The notes under the pieces are model-generated. The model saw nothing but the letters and a program-made list of their open reading frames with translations. It was not told the DNA's origin and did not search any database. From Halomicrobium mukohataei DSM 12286 (GTDB lineage: Archaea; Halobacteriota; Halobacteria; Halobacteriales; Haloarculaceae), in contig NC_013202.1 in the NCBI RefSeq assembly GCF_000023965.1, positions 690,001 to 722,000 on the forward strand: a stretch of 32,000 nucleotides of DNA, given 5' to 3'. The position numbers were made by a program, and so were the translations under genes. This document shows, in pieces, positions 25,059 to 32,000 of this stretch. Position 1 is the first letter of the stretch; each line of letters opens with the position of its first letter.

Positions 25059-25137
25059 ATACTGCCGGCTGTACGTCTGTGAAGAATTTCGCGAGCCCGT
25101 ATCGCGAATCTCTTGAAACAGTGACAGCCGGCAGTAT
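25059..25137. terminator. Nested inverted repeat between convergent genes (bidirectional terminator-like)
   Basis: atactgccggctgt (25059-25072) is the exact reverse complement of acagccggcagtat (25124-25137). An inner stem pairs ttcgcga (25088-25094) with tcgcgaa (25102-25108). The element starts 6 nt after the permease stop and touches the stop of the minus-strand gene. Confidence 0.4.
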
Positions 25138-25469
25138 CAGGGCTCTGGCGTGTGAGTCCTGATCCGGCCGATCACGCCGTCCTCGAACGCGAACACGTCG
25201 ACGAACTGCGTGATCTCCGCTCCGTCACTGTTCAGAAGCCGTCCTTCGACCGCGACGGTCGACGCACCCGTGTAGATCGTCGCTATCGGGTGGCTGGTGT
25301 CGGTCTGGGGGCGCTCCTCGCGCATGAATCGGACGAACCGCTCGCGGCCCTCGATCGTCCGGTCGGGCCTGTCGTGGACGAAATCAGGGGCGAGTACGTC
25401 CGAAAGCAGGTCGTAGTCGTGCTCGTCCAGTGCCCGGTAGTACGCGCGTGCCGTCGCCACCCGATCCAT
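25137..25469 (-). CDS. NTF2-fold (SnoaL/ketosteroid-isomerase-like) small protein
   Basis: The 110-aa product is MDRVATARAYYRALDEHDYDLLSDVLAPDFVHDRPDRTIEGRERFVRFMREERP...DVFAFEDGVIGRIRTH. This pattern is typical of SnoaL-like domains. Confidence 0.6.
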   Translation of the reverse strand: MDRVATARAYYRALDEHDYDLLSDVLAPDFVHDRPDRTIEGRERFVRFMREERPQTDTSHPIATIYTGASTVAVEGRLLNSDGAEITQFVDVFAFEDGVIGRIRTHTPEP

Positions 25470-25592
25470 GACTGGCCTCTCGCCGGGCAGCGACGAGAAA
25501 GTGGTGGTCCGACGGTCGGACGGTTGGAGACGAGGGGTCGGTCGATCGCACGACGGCGTGTGCTCGAACCGAGAGCACTACGATCCGCCGTA

Positions 25593-27188
25593 TCAGTACC
25601 GCTCGCCGTCGTCGTCCGCGTCGTCCTCGGCGAGTTCCTCCTCGGTCGGGATCGCGGCCATGTCCTCGTCGCTGGCCCCGTCCGGTTCGTCGAGTTCGTC
25701 CGTCTCGTCGAGGTGGTCCCGTTGGTCCGGACCGTCGTCGAGCGACGCTCCCCCGTCGTCATCGTCGAGTGCGGCCCCGTCGCCCGATCCCCCGCCGGGT
25801 TCCAGCGAGCCCGATCCCGGCGGCGGAACGTCCGCCTCGTCCGGGTCGAGCGAGGGCGTGTCGGGCGTAGAGTCCGCTCGCTCCTCGTCCGGGCCGTCCG
25901 CCCGCGAGCCCTCCCCTGCCGACTGGCCCGTCTCCAGGTCCGCTTGGAGTTCGGCCGGATCGTCGTCGCCCCCGGCGTCACCGTCGTCGGCGTCCGGGGG
26001 TGCGTCGACCATGCTCGTCGGCGTCTCCTCCAGGTCCCCACCGGTCGGGTCGTCGGGCTGGTTGGCGGTCAGCTCCGCCTCGATCTCCTGGAGTTCGTCG
26101 TCGTCGATCTCCTCCTCGCCGCCGGCCTCGTCGCTCGACCTCTCGCCAGCCGGAGTGTCGTCGAGCGACGGCGCGTCGGCCTCCGGGCCGCCGGTCGCGG
26201 CCTCGTCGATGTCGATCGCCAGCTCGACCTCCGCGTCGTCGTCCTGCGGGAGGATGCTCTGGGCGTCGTCGGCGTCGAGGTCCGGCGGCCAGTCGTCGGG
26301 ATCGATCGGTTCGCCGATGTCGCGGGCGGTCTCCAGCGGTCGCTCGGCGTCGTCCCGGAGCCGCTGGCCCGCCGCGCCGGCACCGCTGGAGTACTCGCTG
26401 GCCGACTCCGAGAGCCACTCTGCGGCCTGCCAGAGCGCGGTCGCCTTCTCCTCGGCGCGCTCGTAGTACGTCGACAGGTCCGCGTCGTCGACGAACCGAA
26501 CGGCGCTGTCGAAGTGGTCGGCGGCCTCCTCGAAGGCCTCCTGTGCCCGCCCGAAGTCAGACTGAGCGAGCATCCACTCCGAGTCCTGGTAGGACCCCAT
26601 GGCGCTCGTGAACGCTCGCCGTCCTTCGGTGTAGTGGGCGTGACCGACGCGATAGCGGGCGAACGCGGTGTCGTCACCGCCGGTGTCGCCGATCGTGTCC
26701 TTGATGGCGTCCACGTCGGGCAGGGCCAGCGGGCTCTGTGTCGACCAGGCGTACCGGACGACGCCGTCGTGGTCGACGACGAACACCGCCCGTTCGATCA
26801 GGGCCTGGCCGACGGCGTCCTCGAAGGTGACGCCGTACTCTCTGGCGACCTCGCGGCGCGTGTCCGACAGCAGCGGGACGTGCAGGTCGTACGCCTCGGC
26901 GAAGGCGGCGTGGCTGTACAGCGTGTCCGCGCTGATTCCCAGCACGCTCACGTCTTTCTGCATCGTGAACAGGTCGAGTTCGTCCAGGTCCGACTCCTCG
27001 TCACAGGCCGGGTTGAAGTCGCCGGGATAGAACGCGAGGATGACCACGTCCTCGCCGAGGTACTCGTCGAGCGCTACCCGCCGGTGTTCGCCGTCGACGA
27101 CGGCCGGCAGCTCGAACCGCGGCGCTTCGTCGCCCTCGGAAATCACTGCGGAAGAGTTTCTCGTTCGGCTACTTAACTGTATGTCCAA
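25593..27188 (-). CDS. Peroxiredoxin-fold (Bcp/AhpC-TSA-like) protein with a helical middle domain and a very long poly-acidic C-terminal tail
   Basis: The N-domain is [13 protein letters not shown]...[17 protein letters not shown]...[16 protein letters not shown]...[12 protein letters not shown]. The track start at 27188 is a TTG, and an in-frame GTG at 27146 is an alternative. About 240 C-terminal residues are dominated by D/E/G/P/A and contain no Lys. Confidence 0.75.
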   Translation of the reverse strand: MDIQLSSRTRNSSAVISEGDEAPRFELPAVVDGEHRRVALDEYLGEDVVILAFYPGDFNPACDEESDLDELDLFTMQKDVSVLGISADTLYSHAAFAEAYDLHVPLLSDTRREVAREYGVTFEDAVGQALIERAVFVVDHDGVVRYAWSTQSPLALPDVDAIKDTIGDTGGDDTAFARYRVGHAHYTEGRRAFTSAMGSYQDSEWMLAQSDFGRAQEAFEEAADHFDSAVRFVDDADLSTYYERAEEKATALWQAAEWLSESASEYSSGAGAAGQRLRDDAERPLETARDIGEPIDPDDWPPDLDADDAQSILPQDDDAEVELAIDIDEAATGGPEADAPSLDDTPAGERSSDEAGGEEEIDDDELQEIEAELTANQPDDPTGGDLEETPTSMVDAPPDADDGDAGGDDDPAELQADLETGQSAGEGSRADGPDEERADSTPDTPSLDPDEADVPPPGSGSLEPGGGSGDGAALDDDDGGASLDDGPDQRDHLDETDELDEPDGASDEDMAAIPTEEELAEDDADDDGERY

Positions 27189-27208
27189 AATCGAAGCTCG
27201 TGGCGCTT

Positions 27209-27745
27209 ATGTCGGCTGACGGCCTACGAGCGGCCGTGGAACTACACGTCCGGTACGAGGGCGACGACGATCCCGACAAGTGCAGCGCCCGACGGCTCGC
27301 ACAGTTCGACGAGACCGAGTTGCACCGCGCGACCCGGTCGACGCCGCCGGGGATCGTGCTGAACCCCTTCGCCGACCAGGCCCTCTCACCCGCGGATCGG
27401 GCGGGCTCCGGCTCTCGCACCGACCGAGTGGTGGCACTGGACTGCTCGTGGGAGACCGCCGAGCGGGAGGCGTTCGACCTCGAAGGGCTCCACCGGTCGC
27501 TGCCGTTCCTCGTTGCCGGCAACCCGGTCAACTACGGCACCGCCTTCCAGCTCAACACGGTCGAAGCCTTCGCGGGGGCGCTCTGTATCCTCGGCGAGCG
27601 CGACCACGCCGAGCGGTTGCTCGAACACTTCAGCTGGGGCCACACCTTCCTCGAACTCAACGAGGAGCCACTGGAGCGGTACGCCGCGTGTGCGGATTCG
27701 AGCGAGGTCGTCGCCGTCCAGGACGACTACCTGGCCGAGGAGTGA
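27209..27745 (+). CDS. tsr3: Tsr3-family 16S rRNA aminocarboxypropyltransferase
   Basis: Starting from the ATG at 27209 (the track start at 27200 is a GTG), the sequence is ...[18 protein letters not shown]...[12 protein letters not shown]...[32 protein letters not shown]. These are hallmark Tsr3/DUF367 motifs. Confidence 0.8.
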   Translation: MSADGLRAAVELHVRYEGDDDPDKCSARRLAQFDETELHRATRSTPPGIVLNPFADQALSPADRAGSGSRTDRVVALDCSWETAEREAFDLEGLHRSLPFLVAGNPVNYGTAFQLNTVEAFAGALCILGERDHAERLLEHFSWGHTFLELNEEPLERYAACADSSEVVAVQDDYLAEE

Positions 27746-27812
27746 GGGATCGACGGGGGGAGGCGGGTTCGGCGAGGACAGCACAGCCACACGGCCGCGA
27801 CGCGTCCGATCC

Positions 27813-28856
27813 TCACCAGCCGAAGCCGCGACGCGCCGTCGGTTCGAGCGGGCTCGACGGGAGCCCCGCCTGTGGCTCGGGTGCGTTGTACTCGCCCGGG
27901 GCCACGTCGTTTGGTGCCCCTGGGTAGCACAGCGACGCCAGCGCCTGGATCTGCCCGCGGCCGACGCCGAGTTCGAACTGTCCGCCGCCGTACAGCTCGA
28001 TGCCGCGTTGCTCGCAGTAGGCGATCGACTCCAGCAGCGACTCGACGGTACCAAAGCGGGAGGGCTTGCAGTTGAGCCACGACGGTTCGACGGGCAGCGC
28101 CTCGATGCTGGCGATGCCCGTGATCGGGTAGTCCCAGCTCAGCCGCTCCTCGCAGCCCTCGAACACCGGTCGCGTCTCGTCGGTGATCGCGGCGTCCTCG
28201 ACGACGGCGTCGGGCAGCCCCTCGGCGACGCGCCGATAGAACTCGGCGTCGACCGGCGTGTCCACGTCGGTCCCCTCGTAGTAGGCCTTCAGGTCGACGA
28301 CGCGGACCGCGTCGGTCGCCGCGAGCCCCTCGATCAGCGCGGTGTCCCAGTCGAGCGTGGGGTCGAGCTTGAACTCGATGTCGGGGTCGATGTCGAGCCA
28401 CGCCTCGACGCGGTCGGTCGTCGGCCGTCCGTCGCCGTCCTCGCTCAGGCGCGTCGAGACCACGAATCGGACGGGATCGTACGTCCGATCGAGCGCGTCC
28501 CCGAGCGTCCGGCCGGCCTGTTTCAGCGCCAGGTCGAGCGACGCGCTCTCGAAGGCCCAGCGCCGGTAGTGACGGGCGGCGTCTCGCGTCGGCGGCTCGG
28601 GCCACAGATCGATCTCGTCCAGCCGGTCGGAGAACGAATCCAGCGTGTACTCGCCGGCCAGATCGGCCGTGAGCGCGTGCATGGAGTCGTGATCCTCGGG
28701 CTCGTAGGTCACGTCCTCCCCGCGCCCGACCTCGCCGTCGCCGTGGAGCGCGACCGTCGTCGTTCGGCGCGTGAACCCACTGGAGGTGTCGCGGCGACGA
28801 TCGGCCAGCTCGTACTCGTCGACGGTCAGATCCAGGTCGGCGACCCGCTCGTACAT
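27813..28856 (-). CDS. Enolase-superfamily-like (MR/MLE-type TIM barrel) protein, function unknown
   Basis: Starting from the ATG at 28856, the sequence begins MYERVADLDLTVDEYELA.... The segments IEFKLDPTLDWD and NCKPSRFGTVESLLESIAYCEQRGIELYGGGQFELGVGRGQIQALASL resemble the barrel strands of mandelate racemase / muconate-lactonizing enzymes. The assignment is by pattern recall only. Confidence 0.5.
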   Translation of the reverse strand: MYERVADLDLTVDEYELADRRRDTSSGFTRRTTTVALHGDGEVGRGEDVTYEPEDHDSMHALTADLAGEYTLDSFSDRLDEIDLWPEPPTRDAARHYRRWAFESASLDLALKQAGRTLGDALDRTYDPVRFVVSTRLSEDGDGRPTTDRVEAWLDIDPDIEFKLDPTLDWDTALIEGLAATDAVRVVDLKAYYEGTDVDTPVDAEFYRRVAEGLPDAVVEDAAITDETRPVFEGCEERLSWDYPITGIASIEALPVEPSWLNCKPSRFGTVESLLESIAYCEQRGIELYGGGQFELGVGRGQIQALASLCYPGAPNDVAPGEYNAPEPQAGLPSSPLEPTARRGFGW

Positions 28857-28942
28857 ACCACTCCTTGGTCGCGGGGCGAAATAAATGGCCGGCAGCGAGT
28901 GGCCGAGTGACTTACAAGAGCGGCGACGCAGTGGTGAATACG

Positions 28943-30085
28943 ATGTCGCGTACAGCTGCCACCGTGGTCGTGGTCGTCCTCGTGACCCTCGCGGGCTGTA
29001 GCGGGCTGCTGGTCCCGGAGGACGCCGCGCCGACGGTGAGCGAGACGGAAACGCCGACCGCCGTCGAGTCCCAGACCGCCACGCCGACCGCAACCGAGAC
29101 GGAGACGCCCGCTTCGACGCCGACAGCCACCCCATCGCCGACAGAGACGGCCACTCCATCGCCGACAGAGACGGCCACGCAAACGCCGGACGACACGCTC
29201 TCGTCGGACAACCCGTGGGGCCAGGAAGTCGTCCCGGTCCGGATCAACGACAGCGCCGACGACGGACGCAACACCACCGCGCTCACGCTCCGGACGATCG
29301 ACTACTGGAACGCCAACATCGAGCGCTACACCGACTTCGAGTACCGCTTCGCGCTGGCCGAGGACCCCGACGACGCACGCGTCGAGGTCCAGTTCAGGGA
29401 GTCGATCGATCGCTGTGACGATCGGGAGACCAACGTCGCGGGCTGTGCGGCGTACCTCCACGAGGGGACGAGGGCCAGAGACCTCGAAGTCGCCGCCGTC
29501 GAGAGCCGGGGCTCGAACTCGGGGGTCCTGGCGACGACGCGCCACGAGTTCGGCCACCTCGTCGGCCTGAACCACAGCGACGAGCCCCTGGACCTGATGG
29601 CACAGCGCTACGAGGGCGACATCCGCGACGCCACCGACCGGGCGTTCCCGTGGTACGGTGACACCCTCAACGTCGCGGTCGAGCCCGACACCATCGACGG
29701 GGACCCGACGGTGGTCCGCGAGCAGGTCCGCCACGCCGTCGAGTACTACGACGACGGAGCCGACGGGACCGTGCCGACGAACGTCAGCGTCGTCGTGAGC
29801 GACGACCCCGACTTTGCCGAGGTCGTCGTCACCAACGACAGCGAGCGGGGCTGTACGGTCACCGACGGATCGGGCGGCATCCGCTCGGTCCGGAACCTCG
29901 ACACCGACGAGCGCGCGGAGCTGTACACCCGAATGGTCGTCTGCGTCGGTCCCGTCGGCGAGGACGCCGTCGGCTGGCACACCGGCTACTGGCTCGGGAC
30001 GGCGTTCGGGCTGGAGAGCGGCGAGCGCGCCGCGGTGTTCCAGGACGCCAGTTACAGCGAGATCAGGAGCGAGTGGTGGGAGTAG
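28943..30085 (+). CDS. Secreted lipoprotein metzincin-type zinc metalloprotease with a Thr/Pro-rich linker
   Basis: Starting from the ATG at 28943, MSRTAATVVVVVLVTLAGCSG has a lipobox (LAGC). A T/P/E-rich linker with repeated TPSPTETA follows. The catalytic motif is HEFGHLVGLNHSD, which fits HExxHxxGxxH. Confidence 0.7.
   Translation: MSRTAATVVVVVLVTLAGCSGLLVPEDAAPTVSETETPTAVESQTATPTATETETPASTPTATPSPTETATPSPTETATQTPDDTLSSDNPWGQEVVPVRINDSADDGRNTTALTLRTIDYWNANIERYTDFEYRFALAEDPDDARVEVQFRESIDRCDDRETNVAGCAAYLHEGTRARDLEVAAVESRGSNSGVLATTRHEFGHLVGLNHSDEPLDLMAQRYEGDIRDATDRAFPWYGDTLNVAVEPDTIDGDPTVVREQVRHAVEYYDDGADGTVPTNVSVVVSDDPDFAEVVVTNDSERGCTVTDGSGGIRSVRNLDTDERAELYTRMVVCVGPVGEDAVGWHTGYWLGTAFGLESGERAAVFQDASYSEIRSEWWE
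29131..29178 (+). repeat. Tandem 24-bp coding repeat (2 copies) in the protease linker
   Basis: ccatcgccgacagagacggccac occurs at 29132-29154 and again at 29156-29178. It encodes TPSPTETA twice. Confidence 0.85.
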
Positions 30086-30123
30086 GGTTCCGAGGAGCAG
30101 CGGCCGACCAGGGACAGACACTG

Positions 30124-30204
30124 ATACGGATTATTGTAGCGATTTACCGGTGATCGTCTACTCCGTGGCGACGATCACCGGTAAGCAACTACAAGAAACC
30201 GTAT
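30124..30204. repeat. Long imperfect inverted repeat / hairpin in a convergent intergenic region
   Basis: A perfect 15-bp stem pairs ttaccggtgatcgtc (30144-30158) with gacgatcaccggtaa (30170-30184) across an 11-nt loop. The outer arms extend the pairing to 29 of 35 positions, from atacgg (30124-30129) to ccgtat (30199-30204). Confidence 0.7.
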
Positions 30205-30333
30205 GAAAGACTCGTTGCACTCGTCTTTCACGCCCCCACTCACTTCGTTCGTCAGGACACCGAAAGGGCGAGCCGAGAGCTTTCGGTGCGTCGGTAGCAA
30301 TCGCACCCCTCGCCAGAGACCTCCGAGACGAGA

Positions 30334-31182
30334 TTACTCCACGAGCCGTTCGATCTCGGTGACCAGCACGTCGCTCGCGCCCACGTCCTTGAGCGCGGTG
30401 ATCGTCTCGAACACGTCGGCGTCGTCGACGACGGCGTGGACGGCCACGTCGTCGCTGCCGGCGATGTCCATCACCGTCGGCCCGCCCATGCCGGGCAGGA
30501 CGTCCTTCACGTCGTCCAGGGCCTCCTCGGGAGCGTTCATCATGAGGTAGCGCTTGCCCTCAGCGGAGATGACCGACGCGAGGGCGGTCTCGACCTGGCC
30601 GACCTTCTGGTCGTCGGCGACCTCCTCGCGGGCGAACAGGCGGACCGACGAGTCCAGCACCTCGTCGACGATCTCCAGACGGTTCATCCGCAGGGTCGTC
30701 CCCGTCGAGGTGATGTCGACGATGCCGTCGGCGATGTCGACGTGGGGCGTGAGCTCGGTCGCACCCGAGACCTCCGTGATCGAAACGTCCACGTCCATCT
30801 CCTCGAAGTACCGGCGCGTGACGTTGGGGAACTCCGTGGCGACGCGACCCCCCTCGAAGTCGTACACCGTCTCGACGGCGTCGTCTTCGGGCGCGGCAAG
30901 CACCAGCCGACACGAGCCGAAGTCCAGATCGAGCAGCTCGGTGAGGTTGTCGGGACCGGCCTCTCGGACCTGGTCGAGTCCGGTGATGCCCACGTCGGCC
31001 GCGCCGTCGGCGACGTACTCGGGGATGTCGGCGGCGCGGGCGTAGAGAATCGTCACGTCGGGATCGACCGTCTCGGCGTAGAGCTGACGGTCGGCTCCGT
31101 CGACGACGTGGAGCCCCGCCCGTTCCAGCAGGTCGACCGACGGATCGTGCAGACGGCCCTTGTTGGGGACGGCGATGCGCAT
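30334..31182 (-). CDS. hisG: ATP phosphoribosyltransferase (long form, with C-terminal regulatory domain)
   Basis: Starting from the ATG at 31182, the sequence is [24 protein letters not shown]...[25 protein letters not shown]...[15 protein letters not shown]...[25 protein letters not shown]. Confidence 0.95.
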   Translation of the reverse strand: MRIAVPNKGRLHDPSVDLLERAGLHVVDGADRQLYAETVDPDVTILYARAADIPEYVADGAADVGITGLDQVREAGPDNLTELLDLDFGSCRLVLAAPEDDAVETVYDFEGGRVATEFPNVTRRYFEEMDVDVSITEVSGATELTPHVDIADGIVDITSTGTTLRMNRLEIVDEVLDSSVRLFAREEVADDQKVGQVETALASVISAEGKRYLMMNAPEEALDDVKDVLPGMGGPTVMDIAGSDDVAVHAVVDDADVFETITALKDVGASDVLVTEIERLVE

Positions 31183-31282
31183 ACCGACACCTCGCCGGCC
31201 CGCCGCAATTGCTTTTCCCTTCGAGAGAATCGTGTGAGACGGCAGCTCACACGCGGGGAATGGGCCGCGGCGGTTCGTCGAA

Positions 31283-31813
31283 TCACAAATCCCTCGCCAA
31301 TTCGTCGATCCGGTCGGCTCGGTCATCGGCTGCGCTGTCCCGCTCGATGACTGCCGCCATCGCACGACGGGACGCCGACAGCCTGCTTTCGTCGACATCG
31401 AGTTGCTCGACGGTGTCGAGTGCCCGTTCGAGGACGTCGGCAGTCTCCGCCGGCTCCGCGGCGAGCGATCGTGCGCGTGCCGCCCAGAGTGCGTCGGGAG
31501 TACCGTCCCCAGCGCGGAGACACCACCGGCAAACGCGTTGGGACAGGGCCACCGCTTGCTGCCCGAATGCGCTGTGGATCGCCGCTTCAGCGTCAGACGG
31601 GGCCTCAGCCGTCAGTTGCTCGATTTCGTCGACCCGTGCAGCGAGGATGCTGGCCGCTTCGCGCATGTCGTCGACCGCCGGATCGTCAGTAGCGACCGAT
31701 TCGAGGCGGTCCGCCAACTCCCGCAGGCGTGCAGCGAGCGTTGCGGTATCCCCTTCCGAACCAGTCTCCCGAAGGCGATCGCAGCACTGCACAACTGCGT
31801 GGCGGTCGTTCAT
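31283..31813 (-). CDS. Hypothetical helical acidic protein
   Basis: Starting from the ATG at 31813, the sequence is [38 protein letters not shown].... It is Ala/Asp/Glu/Arg-rich and predicted to be helical. I recognise no family. The longer track ORF begins in a non-acidic leader. Confidence 0.5.
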   Translation of the reverse strand: MNDRHAVVQCCDRLRETGSEGDTATLAARLRELADRLESVATDDPAVDDMREAASILAARVDEIEQLTAEAPSDAEAAIHSAFGQQAVALSQRVCRWCLRAGDGTPDALWAARARSLAAEPAETADVLERALDTVEQLDVDESRLSASRRAMAAVIERDSAADDRADRIDELARDL

Positions 31814-32000
31814 AGCAGTGATACAGAGTCTCTCGATTGAAATCCGTTCGGGTGCGCGCACCTTCGCCAGGCCGACGAAGGCTGGCGACGTGTACTGTGA
31901 CACCCTCGTTCCCGTCCCGCGTCACGAGCGAAGGCGGTGGATTCAGGCACCCGCGGACAGAAGCCCCGAGCATGAGTGAACTCCTCGTTTCCGGCGGGCG

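Noticed and set aside
25593-26321. Periodic-looking gtcgtc/ctcgtc runs that could superficially suggest a repeat array or CRISPR.
   Set aside because: There are no unit repeats of constant length separated by unique spacers. The pattern is the reverse complement of GAC/GAG codons in the poly-acidic tail of the peroxiredoxin-fold protein.
31972-32000. A possible start of a plus-strand CDS (ATG at 31972, MSELLVSGG...) running off the window edge.
   Set aside because: Only 9 codons are visible, which is too little sequence to support a call.

Overview
This is a chromosomal segment from a GC-rich haloarchaeon (class Halobacteria). The evidence is acidic, lysine-poor proteins, GC3-rich codons, Tat and lipobox signals, and TATA-like boxes about 24-33 nt upstream of many ATGs, which suggests leaderless mRNAs. 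Most of the window is ordinary housekeeping and metabolism. It holds the conserved archaeal block DUF359 dephospho-CoA kinase / spt4 / rpoE' / PIN / aIF2-gamma with ATGA start-stop overlaps. It also holds katG, serS, hisG, tsr3, a thiolase plus hotdog thioesterase, a CPA1 antiporter with RCK domains, an APC permease fused to Usp domains, an Lrp regulator, two MBL hydrolases, an AAA+ ATPase, a CheY-like receiver and several conserved hypotheticals. I found no rRNA, tRNA, CRISPR array, transposase or integrase. I see no clear multi-gene novel system, and the candidates below are modest. (1) A visibly low-GC islet (about 351-2091) encodes a divergent halocin C8-like precursor (Tat signal, long pro-region, C-terminal hydrophobic 10-Cys peptide) next to a small 4-TM protein. 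(2) A modular, hairpin-rich interspersed repeat occurs twice (11490-11680 and 20426-20565). The two copies share 30-nt and 22-nt identical cores, and their stems differ in sequence but still pair. Copy 1 is bracketed by a perfect 43-bp, in-frame duplication of the thiolase 3' end. (3) A run of stacked hairpins lies in a 248-bp convergent intergenic region (30124-30310). (4) A perfect 16-bp palindrome lies between divergent katG and an MBL gene. (5) A peroxiredoxin-fold protein has Asn in place of the active-site Thr and a very long poly-acidic tail. All functional calls come from reading the translations and recalling family motifs. No database search was run.
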